From the NCBI GenBank assembly GCA_000092065.1, contig CP000584.1: a stretch of 64,000 nucleotides of DNA, one strand, 5' to 3'. Made by a program: the position numbers and the translations under genes. Positions within the stretch are counted from its first letter, which is position 1. Every line of letters begins with the position of its first letter. Below, piece by piece: positions 37,986 to 48,423 of this stretch. The DNA comes from Ostreococcus lucimarinus (taxonomy: Eukaryota). The notes under the pieces were generated by a model. It was given only the letters and a program-made list of their open reading frames with translations, was not told the origin of the DNA and did not search any database.

Positions 37986-39801
37986 CTACTTCTTCGGCTT
38001 GGACGAGTAGAACTCATCCAGCTTCGTATCGTACGATTCCATGACGAGCTCGGATCGTACCTTGCGAGCGGAATCCGTGGCGACGCCTACGAGAATCAAC
38101 AAGGAAGTGCCCGCAAAACCGCGGAAAGTTTGCAAGCCGGTAATTTGCTCTACCGCACCCGGAGTCAAGGCGAGCGCTCCCAAGAATACGCTTCCTAAAA
38201 CCGACAAACGCTCCAAGACCCGAGTGATGTAATCGCGTGTCGCGGCGCCGGGACGAACGCCCGGGATGGAGGCGCCCTGGCGCTTGAGCTGATCTGCGAC
38301 ATCCTTCGGCTCGAGTTGGAGGAAGGTGTAAAAGTAATTGAAGAAGCAAATCATAGCGACGTTCACCGGGACGTAGCCGGCACCACCACCAGGGCTAAGG
38401 AACCGCGCCACGCCGAGCACGGCGCCGTTGTCCGTGAAGCGCGTGAGCGTCGCGGGCAACGCGAGCAAAGAAGAAGCAAAAATAATCGGCATCACCCCGG
38501 CGCTGTTCACTTTGAACGGCAGGTATGATGACTTAGCCAAACCACCAGCGTTGAATCGCGTGCTATAGTTCATCGGAATCTTACGTTCAGCCTCTTGAAC
38601 GTACACGATTCCCAACGTCGTGAGCGCGAAAGCGCCGAAAAACACCGCGAGCACAGACGAGTCACCTTTTTCTTGAGCCATTGACACCGTTTGACCCACG
38701 GAAGACGGCAAAGCACTGACGATGTTGGCAAAAATCAATAAAGACGTCCCGTTACCGAGTTTGATTTCGTTCAAAAGCTCGCCGATGTACATGAGAATCA
38801 TGGCGCCGGCGGTCAGCGCGCAGCTTTGTTCAAACAACCAAATCGGCGTGAAATCCTCGACGAAGGGGCGCACGTACAAGCACTGACCCACGGCTTGGAC
38901 GATGGCAAATCCAAGCGCGCCGTACCTACAAAATAAGAAACACAGTCTCTGTCAGTCTCCATTCATGGTCGAATAAAAAACGCGTGCTCGTGTCGCGTAG
39001 CTCAGTTTCCGTTATTCTTTTCAGGCCATCGACGCGTCGTAACGCGCCGAAGCTCAATCGAACGAGACCTAAAAGGTCACATCACCGCTTACGCGCATCG
39101 CATCGCATTTACTCGACCGACAACTACTCGACGCACCTTTGATACTGTTGAAATTTGCGCCGTCCCGCCTCGCCCTCTTCCTTTTGCAACTTTTTCAACT
39201 CTGGAAACACGCTCCCCAGCAACTGAAAGATGATGCTCGAGTTAATGTACGGCACGATCCCGAGCGAAAAAATCCCAAGCTTAGAGATGCTCCCTCCCGT
39301 GAGCGTATCGGCGTACGCCATCATCCCCCCTCCTCCCGCGAGCGACTCCGCGAACGCCGCCCTATCGACGCCGCTGATCGGAATGTACGTCCCCACTCGC
39401 GACAGCACCAACAGCGCGAAAATCGTCGCAATCTTCCCCGGCAACTTCCCACCAAAAAAATCTCCCATCTTCGCGTCGCCGCTCGGTCCTCCGCTTCGTC
39501 CGCTCGACATCGCGCGCGTCGCGCTCGGCTTGGTCCAGCCGAACGCCGGCGCGAAGACCCCGTCGTCGCCTCGCTCGACGTCCAGCAGCCCCAGCGGGTC
39601 GAACGTCCCGCTCGCCGGCGGTTGTTTCGCGTACGCGCGCTGTCGCACGTCGCGCGCGGCGTCGCGCGGTTTCGACAGCGTCGCAGCGCCGCATCGCGGT
39701 CGCGCGTGCGCGGTCGCCGCGCGGGACGACGTCGCGGTCGCGCGTCGCGCGTCGACCGCGGGCGCGCGCGGGGCGAGCGCGAGGGGTGCGCGCGCGAGCA
39801 T
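37986..39801 (-). CDS. SECY: Chloroplast SecY translocon subunit (nuclear-encoded cpSecY), two exons: 39801..39137 and 38925..37986
   Basis: ATG at 39799-39801 verified. Exon 1 is the transit peptide plus TM1-3 ('FFGGKLPGKIATIFALLVLSRVGTYIPISG...GIFSLGIVPYINSSIIFQLL...EGEAGRRKFQQYQ'). Donor CAAAG|GTGCGT (exon end 39137), GAGACTGACAG branch, acceptor ttattttgtag| (exon 2 begins 38925). The splice gives '...QYQ-R-YGALGFAIVQAVGQCLYV', the conserved SecY 'QYTRYGT' region. 534 aa. Confidence 0.85.
38926..39136 (-). other. Spliceosomal intron of cpSecY (211 nt, comparatively AT-rich)
   Basis: GTGCGT donor, ACTGAC branch about 30 nt upstream of the AG, and a polypyrimidine 'cttattttgtag' acceptor. 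It separates two minus-strand ORFs in different frames, both with clear SecY homology. Confidence 0.8.
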
Positions 39802-39983
39802 CGTCGTCGTCGTCGTTCGATGCGCCGTCGTCGAGCGGCGGCGCGCGAGGCGTGGAGTGGCGACCCGCGCGGGCGCGCGCGCGAGGGATAACCTGTGCAG
39901 ATTCGAGCGCGCGCGCGAGGCGCGAGAACGAAGGAATGAATGCGTGCAATCACACGAGCGGGAGTGGCGACTGACGGAGAGGG

Positions 39984-42900
39984 CTAAGGGAAATCATCGG
40001 CGTCGCACGATGCGTCGGCGTCGCGCGAAGGTGGACGGAACGAGGCGACCGCGCCGGAGAGGGCGTGATCGACGGCTTTGGTGAAACCTTTGGCGCCGGT
40101 GACGGCGGCGTAGGGAACCTTGCGAACGGCGCCGAGGAGCGCGGCAGACGACGTGACATCGCCGGTGGCGTAATCTCGGATGGGCTCGACGACGAGTGCG
40201 TCGGTGGCGCGACGTGCGCCGCGCCACGCGGTTTTACTGGCGAGGGAGAGCCCGTGAAAGACGTTCGTCGGCGAAGAGACATCTTCGATTTCGCGTTCGG
40301 CGTCCACTATCATTCCTTCGGCGGCGGCGAGAAGGGCAGCGGATTGACCCGCGGCGAAAGCGCCGAGTTCGATCGATGATAGTGACACCTCTTTAACGAA
40401 AGAAGCGACGCCGAGAGCGAACCCAGCGACAACACCGCCGCGTCTGTTGTTTCGATGAAACTCCAGAGGTTTGGACACCAGACCGGCGGCTCGACGGCCG
40501 ATGTTGGTCGCCGATTTGATTGGCTTCACACTTTGCACAAACTTGTGTGCTTGTGTGCGCGTAATGTCATCAAGCCATGCATTTACGGCAGTTTGCACAA
40601 CCGGGACTACACCAGCGATTCCGGTAAGCCGAAGCGGCTGGATGTCGAGAAGGACCCCGTCCCAAGGCACGAGATTCAGCGCCTCGAGCAAGTTTCCAGA
40701 CCGCAGCGAGTCAATGTCAACTTGACGACCGCAATAGTCCAAACGAAGCGAAAGCCGATCGATCTCAATCTTTTGAAAGTATATCGACTCTTCACGTGGC
40801 GGTGATGCGACATGAGAAGAGTCATCAGAGTCGTCGGCAAAGACATCGAGCGCGAGCTTCAAGACGCGTTGATCGAGCTTGACGTGAATCGGTATCGACG
40901 AGGCCTTGAACAGATACTCAACTTCGGAAGGTGTTTTCGCATCCGGACGAACAGCCATTATGTCCAACGAACACATATCGCTTCGATCGCCTCGTTCGCC
41001 CGAGAGAACGTCGTATTTCAATACGTTTGGCCACGTTGCGCCCGCGGTGACGTCTGTACAAACAGCGTCGCGCACCGCGCACGCGATGCGATGCGCGGTT
41101 TCGCCTTCGCGCTGTGGGAACGAGTCAACGCGCACGGTGTTCGTTTTCAGTGAAAGTTTGATTCCTGCAGATACACCGAGCGGATCGACCTCCACAGAAT
41201 CCGCGTGCCTCGGCAAACTTGTCGGCGATTCGGACCAGAATAGCCCCGGCAAGATGTGTACATCGAACGTTTCGCCATTCACATGAACCGTGCTTTGCGG
41301 CACGACGACATCCTTTGGAAGCGGAAGGTATCGAGTGTGCGCATGGTCGCCGACACGCGGTAAAGACGGCGGCATCGCCGGTAGACGTGCTTCGACGAAT
41401 TCACCCGCAAATCGACTACGACTCATAATGGAGGCGTTCACGCCGCCGGCGCGCGCTCGACTTGAACTATGCTTTCTCACCGCCGTGACACTCCCTGCCG
41501 CTAACAACACCGTTTTACGCTTCCGACGGACTCGTCGATTGCTGCGATAGAAGAAGTTCTCGATTATGTTCGGTCCAACTCGGGCGTTCGTGTCACGTCG
41601 CACTAACAGACTTCTGTGATGAGCCTCACTAGTTTCCGTACTTCCGCGCTTCTGGCCTTCGAGTCGCCTAGGAAACATCTCGTCGTGATCGCGAGTCGCG
41701 GCGGCTATTTCATGCTCAGTTACGCTCGACGAGTATCGTGCGTGCGAGATATCTCTGGCCTTCTTCACAGGACTCACGAAGACGTACTCGTTCTCGTCGC
41801 CGCTCGCCGGACTCGCTGGACGATCAGCGCCTTCAACTTCCGACATGAATAGCCGCTTTAACGCGCGCAAAATGTCTCTCTGAAGCGACACGACGCAAGA
41901 TCGAGTGCTGACGGTGGCGATCGCAGTCTTCGAGCTTGAAGAGGACGTAATCAACGAAATCGCCTTTGCATTCATCACCGGCGCAAACCGCGCGGCGCAA
42001 ATAGTAGAATTCGTGAATGGAAACGCCGGTAACGTGCGAATGCCGTCAGTTGCCTTGATTTCGGGAGGCACCATAAACGCACTGATCTCGTTGCAGTACA
42101 TTTCGACGCCAAAGCTGGTCGAAACCCCCGCATCATGCGAACATTCTACCCCTTTGGAAGAAATGCGCAAAAAATCATTCTGAATGAGCGCGAACGAGTC
42201 ATTCGACTTGTATATGAGCACCAACTCGAATAAACTCAAAGAGAAACACAGTGTGGAAGAATCGCACACATTTGTATCGGCATCGACGTCTCTTGCGGGA
42301 GCAAAAGTATTCAGGCGCCGTATAAGCGGCTCGCACTGCGTTAACGAGGCCGACATTCCGACGACGTTTACGTCTGCGCATGCTGGCTCGCCCTCCATGC
42401 GAGCAAACGCGAGCGATGATTTCGAAGCGCCTTGATCTGAACTACGACACTCGACAAAGACTGTTTCGACGTTATCAGTAGTAACCCGAGCCGAATCAAA
42501 CTGCGTCCATACGAAATCTGAACCGAGAACGCCAGCGATGTTTGTCGCCGCAAAAACACGCGCACGCCTCAATTCGCACTCGACAAGTACAGAGTCATCG
42601 TCGGTGGAAGTCGAACACGTTCCATCTGTCAGTGGGGCATCAAGCTGCATGCGAAGCGCGCCGACATCGATTCCAAACGCCAAGGGGGTCATGACGGAGT
42701 CGGGCGTCGCGACTCGCAGCGCCATAGGGTGATTGTCTGGAAGCTCGTACATTGACTGAATGATAGTGGAAACCGATTCCACCACATCGATGCTCAACCT
42801 AGTTTCGATAATTGGCACATTCAATTTAACGAACAGTGACGCGTCGTTCGCAAGTTGCTCCCGAAGACATGTATCTGTCTCATTCGCTTCACGCCTGTTC

Positions 42901-44279
42901 TTCACCTTGGCCAAACAACGTTCGGGAAGCGAACCGTCTAGACGATACGCTGGATCTTCGAGCCAGTACACTGTCGCCGTGATATTTTCACTTAAGGACG
43001 CCGCTGTCACGCACTCGACACCATTCAATGCAAGTTTGGCGTGACCCATTTGCATCGACACGCAGTCGTCACGCAAGACTACACCGCACCTGTCATCGGC
43101 GCCAACCGAAGAAAGATGCAAAACCAACTCATGGTCGTCGTCGAACCCGTAAATACATCGCGCGTCACTCCAGCTCACATCTAATCGATCCGACAATTCA
43201 ATTCTAATCGCCGTCATCGTCAGTTTGCACACCACGTCGTCGAACGGCGCATCCATAGAAAACTGTGGACATTGAACGGTGAAGACCGTCGTTGCACTCG
43301 AAGGCTCCGCGGAAGAATCGATACCCAATGATTCCGACAACTCCCGTATTGCTACCTCTGCGTCGTCGAAGAACTCTTCGTTCAGCTCCTCGTTTGAGTC
43401 TTCGTAAACGCTGTCACCCATGCTCTCGCCCATGGCGTCGTTCGCTTCCTCATACGCGCTTGCGTACATGGCGGCCGACCCACTCGATAGCACATCGTCG
43501 ATGAATGAACGTCGCGGTCTCGACGTCGATGGCCGTTTTAGGCGAGCAGAAGATGCATTGGAACCAAATGCGTTCACGAGATCGACGAAATTCTTCACCG
43601 CGTGCACTGTAGCCGTCGTTTCGATGGTCTCCAACTCGACGTCGACGCGACTGAAATCACTTGGTATCTCTGCGTGCCCGGAAACGTCGCGCACCACGAC
43701 CTCGGACACCGAACATTCAACGCCAGTTGCGATTCGTCGCACAGACATCCCCGAGAAACTCACCCCTTGCCCGTGCGTATACTCTGCCGATTCGAGTCGC
43801 ACGAGAAACTTGCCCGCGCCCGCTGCGTCTTGCACCACTACGTTTACCCCTCTCAATCGCGCCTTGAGCCCACGACAGAGCGCATTCAACGCTTGCCGCA
43901 TGATCGCCGACCCTTGCGCGCGCGCGCCATCCTCTCTCTCGAGCGCGTCAAACACCTCCGCTTCGCCGCTCCCCGCGCTCGGTCGCGTCGTCACCGTCAC
44001 GTCCTCGAGCTCCAACGAGCACGACTCCCTCCCGATCGCCTCCCACGGAATCCGCCCCGTGACCGCCCCCACGCGCACCGCCACCAACTCCATACCCGTT
44101 CGCGCCTCAAAGTCGCCCGTCCACGCCGTGACGACGTTCGCGTCGAGCTCGACGTCCTCGAGTCTCGCCTCGCCCGCGCTCGCGTCCACTCTCGCTCGCC
44201 CGCGTTCGCCCTCACCGCCGCCGTCGCGCACCAACCGCGCGATCGCGCGTGATATGAAGTACTCGCATATTTTCCGCAT
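39984..44279 (-). CDS. ATG2: Autophagy-related protein 2 (ATG2; chorein-N lipid-transfer protein with an ATG2 C-terminal domain)
   Basis: ATG at 44277-44279 verified (MRKICEYFISRAIARLV..., chorein-N-like). The C-terminal region 'YFQKIEIDRLSLRLDYCGRQVDIDSLRSGNLLEALNLVPWDGVLLDIQPLRLTGIAGV' matches the ATG2/VPS13 ATG_C domain. The 1,431-aa size fits ATG2 rather than VPS13. No splice was needed, but internal introns cannot be excluded. Confidence 0.6.
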   Translation of the reverse strand: MRKICEYFISRAIARLVRDGGGEGERGRARVDASAGEARLEDVELDANVVTAWTGDFEARTGMELVAVRVGAVTGRIPWEAIGRESCSLELEDVTVTTRPSAGSGEAEVFDALEREDGARAQGSAIMRQALNALCRGLKARLRGVNVVVQDAAGAGKFLVRLESAEYTHGQGVSFSGMSVRRIATGVECSVSEVVVRDVSGHAEIPSDFSRVDVELETIETTATVHAVKNFVDLVNAFGSNASSARLKRPSTSRPRRSFIDDVLSSGSAAMYASAYEEANDAMGESMGDSVYEDSNEELNEEFFDDAEVAIRELSESLGIDSSAEPSSATTVFTVQCPQFSMDAPFDDVVCKLTMTAIRIELSDRLDVSWSDARCIYGFDDDHELVLHLSSVGADDRCGVVLRDDCVSMQMGHAKLALNGVECVTAASLSENITATVYWLEDPAYRLDGSLPERCLAKVKNRREANETDTCLREQLANDASLFVKLNVPIIETRLSIDVVESVSTIIQSMYELPDNHPMALRVATPDSVMTPLAFGIDVGALRMQLDAPLTDGTCSTSTDDDSVLVECELRRARVFAATNIAGVLGSDFVWTQFDSARVTTDNVETVFVECRSSDQGASKSSLAFARMEGEPACADVNVVGMSASLTQCEPLIRRLNTFAPARDVDADTNVCDSSTLCFSLSLFELVLIYKSNDSFALIQNDFLRISSKGVECSHDAGVSTSFGVEMYCNEISAFMVPPEIKATDGIRTLPAFPFTNSTICAARFAPVMNAKAISLITSSSSSKTAIATVSTRSCVVSLQRDILRALKRLFMSEVEGADRPASPASGDENEYVFVSPVKKARDISHARYSSSVTEHEIAAATRDHDEMFPRRLEGQKRGSTETSEAHHRSLLVRRDTNARVGPNIIENFFYRSNRRVRRKRKTVLLAAGSVTAVRKHSSSRARAGGVNASIMSRSRFAGEFVEARLPAMPPSLPRVGDHAHTRYLPLPKDVVVPQSTVHVNGETFDVHILPGLFWSESPTSLPRHADSVEVDPLGVSAGIKLSLKTNTVRVDSFPQREGETAHRIACAVRDAVCTDVTAGATWPNVLKYDVLSGERGDRSDMCSLDIMAVRPDAKTPSEVEYLFKASSIPIHVKLDQRVLKLALDVFADDSDDSSHVASPPREESIYFQKIEIDRLSLRLDYCGRQVDIDSLRSGNLLEALNLVPWDGVLLDIQPLRLTGIAGVVPVVQTAVNAWLDDITRTQAHKFVQSVKPIKSATNIGRRAAGLVSKPLEFHRNNRRGGVVAGFALGVASFVKEVSLSSIELGAFAAGQSAALLAAAEGMIVDAEREIEDVSSPTNVFHGLSLASKTAWRGARRATDALVVEPIRDYATGDVTSSAALLGAVRKVPYAAVTGAKGFTKAVDHALSGAVASFRPPSRDADASCDADDFP

Positions 44280-44552
44280 CCTCGCTCGCTCTCGCGCGCG
44301 CGCGTCCCCGCCGTCGCCGCGCCGACGAAATCCGAGGTGCCGAGTGACAGGTGCGTCGCGTTCGCGTCGCGCGTTTAAATTCTGCGCCTCGCCCGCGCGC
44401 GCGAGCTCGCGCGCGCGCCGCGAGCCTTCGCGCGCGACCGATCGACGCCTCGCGACGGCGTTCGCGCGCGCGCGCGCGTGTGGTGCCGCGGGTCGATGCG
44501 CGCTCGAATCGCACCGCACATCGCGACGCGTCGCTCGCGACCGATCGCGCGC

Positions 44553-44768
44553 ATGACGCGCACGGAGGTCACGCTCGCGGTCGACTTCGCGTGCGAAGGG
44601 TGCGCGGCGTCTGTGCGCAGGATCGCTGAGCGCATCGAGGGCGTGCGCGAGGTCGAGATCGACGTCGAGGCGAAGCGGTGCGTGGTGCGCGGGGACGCGT
44701 TGGACGCGGAGGACGTTCTCGCGCGCGTGCGCAAGTGTGGACGCGCGACGACGCTGCTGATGGAGTGA
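44553..44768 (+). CDS. ATX1: HMA-domain copper chaperone (ATX1-like)
   Basis: ATG at 44553 verified. 71 aa: 'MTRTEVTLAVDFACEGCAASVRRIAERIEGVREVEIDVEAKRCVVRGDALDAEDVLARVRKCGRATTLL', a ferredoxin-like HMA fold with a CxxC (CEGC) metal site. Confidence 0.6.
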   Translation: MTRTEVTLAVDFACEGCAASVRRIAERIEGVREVEIDVEAKRCVVRGDALDAEDVLARVRKCGRATTLLME

Positions 44769-44818
44769 CTTGCTCGTGTCCTGATGTTTTATTAGCGCGC
44801 GCGGGACGAATGGCACGA

Positions 44819-46234
44819 TCACGCGTCGTCGTCGTCGTCGCGCCGGCGGCCGCGGCGAACGGGCTTGGCGAACTTGGTCGCGACTTCGGGACCTTCGTCG
44901 TCGTCCTCGCCGTCGATGTCCCTGCCGTCGCAGACGTATAAAGCGACGAAAGTGCGACCGTAGCGCCGGTCGCGGACGCGGCGGAGACGCTTGCCGATGC
45001 TCGGGAGGATGTCACGCGCTTGGCCTTTGGCGTACTCGACGAGTAAAATGGTCGAGTCTTTGACCAGCGCCGACTCATCGAGCTGGAGGAGGAGCTCGGG
45101 ATACGATACTTTTTCGTACGGAGGGCAGAACGATATGAAATCGAACGCGCCGCCGACGCCTCGAGCGTTTTTGTGGTGCTGGTTCATGAAGGCTTGCACG
45201 CTTGCGGTGTGTGTCGTCGTTTGCTTGGTGAGACCGAGCGAATTCAGATTCTTGTTCGTGACGTTGTTCACCACCCAGGGGTCCATTTCGACGAAATGTG
45301 CCTCGACGACACCGCGCGATATCGACTCGATGCCGATCGCGCCAGTGCCGCAGAACATGTCCAACCATCTCGAGTCTGGCGGAAACTGCACGTTGCTTCG
45401 CGAACCGAGAAAGTTTAACATCATATCAAACGTCGCCCCACGCACCATGGACATCATCGGTCGCGTGTCTAAACCGCTCGGCGACAAAAGCTTTCTTCGT
45501 GCATACTTTCCAGCCACGATGGTCATGCGCTTGTGCGTTTTTCTCGTCGCCTCGTATTCCTTCTTCTTGTTAAACGTCGCCACCTCTTGTTTTTCCTCCT
45601 CGATTGCAAATAACAGATCCCTCGGTACCCCCATGCGCACCATGCGCTCGATGTCCTCCTTTTTCATCCCTTTATCATCCCTCTTTGCGTTTATCTCACT
45701 ACTTTCGCCCACCACGCGCTTCGGCTTCGCATCCGCCGCCGCGACGCCGCGCGGGTTCTTCTTCGGCGACTTTAACGACGTGTTCACCGCCTCCGAACTC
45801 CCACTCGCGCGATCGTTCTTCGTCGGCACGCGCACAAAGTCCATGACATATCCATTGCCACTGTCTTCGTCGTCGATGTTGAACAAATCTTCATTCGCCA
45901 CGCGCACGTTGGCGCCCTCCGGGACGAAGAACCAGTCGTCGTCCTCGTCGTCGTCCTCGTCGTCCCAGTCTTCATCGTCTTCGATCGCGATCGGGTCGTC
46001 GTCCTCCAAGTCTTCCTCGTTCCAAAACAATAAATCTTCCTCCGCGTCGGCCGCGCTGTCGTACTGTCCCTTGGCGCGCGTCGCGAGCGCGCGGCGCGGG
46101 AACGGAATCGACACGCGGTGGCGGCGGCGGCGGACGGGGACAGCGCGCGGTCGCGCGCACGACGTCGATGGCGGCGTCGCGACGCGAGAGCTCGACAGCA
46201 CGATTTGAGCGTGCGCGTGTGGCATCGCGCGCAT
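44819..46234 (-). CDS. RsmD-like rRNA (guanine-N2) methyltransferase with an acidic N-terminal region
   Basis: ATG at 46232-46234 verified. 'MTIVAGKYARRKLLSPSGLDTRPMMSMVRGATFDMMLNF...WLDMFCGTGAIGIESISRGV...AFDFISFCPPYEKV' carries the RsmD motifs (DPPY-like 'CPPY'). Confidence 0.65.
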   Translation of the reverse strand: MRAMPHAHAQIVLSSSRVATPPSTSCARPRAVPVRRRRHRVSIPFPRRALATRAKGQYDSAADAEEDLLFWNEEDLEDDDPIAIEDDEDWDDEDDDEDDDWFFVPEGANVRVANEDLFNIDDEDSGNGYVMDFVRVPTKNDRASGSSEAVNTSLKSPKKNPRGVAAADAKPKRVVGESSEINAKRDDKGMKKEDIERMVRMGVPRDLLFAIEEEKQEVATFNKKKEYEATRKTHKRMTIVAGKYARRKLLSPSGLDTRPMMSMVRGATFDMMLNFLGSRSNVQFPPDSRWLDMFCGTGAIGIESISRGVVEAHFVEMDPWVVNNVTNKNLNSLGLTKQTTTHTASVQAFMNQHHKNARGVGGAFDFISFCPPYEKVSYPELLLQLDESALVKDSTILLVEYAKGQARDILPSIGKRLRRVRDRRYGRTFVALYVCDGRDIDGEDDDEGPEVATKFAKPVRRGRRRDDDDDA

Positions 46235-46317
46235 CGGGAGCGCGGTCGAGGACGCGCGGATGTGTGCGGAACTTCGGCGGGCTACGCTAGAAACTAGAAA
46301 CTACAAATAACGAGGTG

Positions 46318-48111
46318 TCAATTCGACGCGGTCCAGAACGTTTCCTCGTTTTCGGCGCCGTAACCGACGTAACGAGGTCGACGTTTACCCGCGGGAGTGA
46401 AGTGCTTGAGATAAAATGGAAGCCCGCCCTCGACTTCGACGACGTCGTCGAAGACTTCGGCGAGCGCGCGCAAGGCGTCCAAATGATACGCCTCGGAGGC
46501 TTCGGCGGCATGAAAGACGACGACTGGGGACGATTTGTCGGCGTATTTGCCATCAGCGTTGATGTTGTCTATCATCACGTCCACGGCTGGGTTGTCCACG
46601 GCGTCTGATAAGCCACCCGTGCGAATCGCCGCGGGCATGGACGTTGCTCCCTTGAGCGTCTCTCGATTGAAGTCTTTGACGGGACGAATGTCAAAGACAA
46701 CGGCGCCGCCTTCGATCAAGCGCTGCGCCTCGCCAATATTTTCGACGCGCCATGGCAGGGGCTCTTCATCTTCCTCTTCTACGATCATGACAGGTTCGGC
46801 GTTTTTGGCGTGTTCCTGCACCGCGATTCGCAACTTTGCCTTCGCGTCCTCTCGCATCTTTACCGCCTCGGCGTCGGGCTCTTTCAACAATTTATCACGT
46901 GCTTCATCGCGCGCGGCTTTCCTCGTAGCCGCGCGTCGAGCGGCGACGAGCTCTTCGGGCTCTTGCCAACGCATGTACTCTCGAGCGAGCTGAATATTAT
47001 TCACGTTTTCTTGCTCGCCAACGACGTTGCGTCCGCACGCCAACAGCCGCTCCAGCGTGATCGTCACGTCGCCTAATTTCAACCTCCGACGTTCATCTAA
47101 ACCGACGAGCGAGTCATTTAAACCATCTAAGCCGACGTTGAACACGAAATCACTGACGGCGTCATCATACACACGCGCGCGTAACGCGCCGAAGAAATCT
47201 AAAGGCTGATTCGGAAATGTCGCGACGAGCGTTTCGCAACACGCCGTCGTCAACCCGTCATCCTTCATCATAGCGTGTATCATCTCAACCAACTCTTGCG
47301 ACGTCGGCTCCCACATCCAAAGATCCATTCGACCGTCTCTCGTTAGAGGCGCATACAGTCGAGAAAAATCATTCCCCGTGACGATGATTGGCACGCGCGC
47401 GTTGGTAGATTTGGAGTCCGTCCTCCAAACCAGTCCCTCGCTCACGATCGTGGGATTGTCACAAATGTTCATCAACGTCCCGTGCGTGATTTGATTATTT
47501 ACAGTCCCCAGATCGTCCTTAAACTTACCGATCCCGGCGTCGATGTCGTTGATAATAAGACAACTCAACTTCCCCGTCTCTCTCATCGCTCGCGCGGCGG
47601 TCAGATACCTTCGCCGCAACATCGCCCCGGGCTCCCCCGCCGTCGAATCCTCCAACTCCCCCGCGCTCGTTACGATCGGCTGCAACCCCATTTTCTTACA
47701 CGCCAACTCCACGTTCATCGTTTTGCCGCAACCCTTGTGTCCCCAAATCCCCAAAATTAACGCCGGAGACGTCGCGCCGAGCGCCCCCTTATCCTTCAAC
47801 AAGTTCTTCACCACGTGCGTCGCCACGCGCTCGGCGAAGCGTTCCGGCACGTGAAACCCATCGAGCGCGGCGAACGTTCGAAACTCACGCTCGCGATGTT
47901 CGCCCGTCGCGACGTCCGCGTCGACGCCGAGAACGCTTCCTTTAAAGAGCTCTTCTTCGACACCGCTGCGTTGCGAGTAGATGAAATCTTGCCCGCCGAG
48001 CGCGTCCTCGCGCGCCGCGCGTCGCGTTCGACCGCGCGAGACGCGCCCCTGACGCGCCACGCGCGCACCGACGGGCGCGCGCGACGTCCGCGCGGGCCCG
48101 CGCGGCGCCAT
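46318..48111 (-). CDS. Rubisco-activase-like AAA+ ATPase fused to a C-terminal rhodanese-like domain that has no active-site Cys
   Basis: The track start at 48231 is GTG. The first ATG is M41 (cat at 48109-48111, verified; MAPRGPARTSRAPV...). The AAA+ module is clearly Rca-type ('GIWGHKGCGKT', 'LIINDIDAGIGKF', 'NQITHGTLMNICDNPT', 'VPIIVTGNDFSRLYAPLTRDGRMD'). A charged linker follows, then a roughly 130-aa rhodanese fold ('VVFDIRPVKDFNRETLKGATSMPAA...SPVVVFHAAEASEAYHLDALRALAEV...VEGGLPFY') in which the CxxGxR loop is replaced by FHAAEAS. Confidence 0.7.
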   Translation of the reverse strand: MAPRGPARTSRAPVGARVARQGRVSRGRTRRAAREDALGGQDFIYSQRSGVEEELFKGSVLGVDADVATGEHREREFRTFAALDGFHVPERFAERVATHVVKNLLKDKGALGATSPALILGIWGHKGCGKTMNVELACKKMGLQPIVTSAGELEDSTAGEPGAMLRRRYLTAARAMRETGKLSCLIINDIDAGIGKFKDDLGTVNNQITHGTLMNICDNPTIVSEGLVWRTDSKSTNARVPIIVTGNDFSRLYAPLTRDGRMDLWMWEPTSQELVEMIHAMMKDDGLTTACCETLVATFPNQPLDFFGALRARVYDDAVSDFVFNVGLDGLNDSLVGLDERRRLKLGDVTITLERLLACGRNVVGEQENVNNIQLAREYMRWQEPEELVAARRAATRKAARDEARDKLLKEPDAEAVKMREDAKAKLRIAVQEHAKNAEPVMIVEEEDEEPLPWRVENIGEAQRLIEGGAVVFDIRPVKDFNRETLKGATSMPAAIRTGGLSDAVDNPAVDVMIDNINADGKYADKSSPVVVFHAAEASEAYHLDALRALAEVFDDVVEVEGGLPFYLKHFTPAGKRRPRYVGYGAENEETFWTASN

Positions 48112-48423
48112 CGCGCGAAACACTGTCGCTTCGGGACAAAAGTGCGCGCGAGACGACGGGGACACGAGCCGCGGGCGTTCGCGCGCCGCACAACGCGACG
48201 ACGACGCGCGCGACGCGCGCGCGCGGCGCACACGGGTCGACGCGCGAACGGCACGAACGTTGGCGGCGCGCGAACGACGCGCGGGGCGAAGGCGACGCGA
48301 CGTGGGACGATTGATGCGCGACGGTTCGAGCCGTTACTGCCGACGCGCAAACAATCGTCGACGCGTGCTGACGAAAGGCGCGCGCGCGAAGGTGGAGGAG
48401 CGAACGAGGAGTGGATAGTGATC

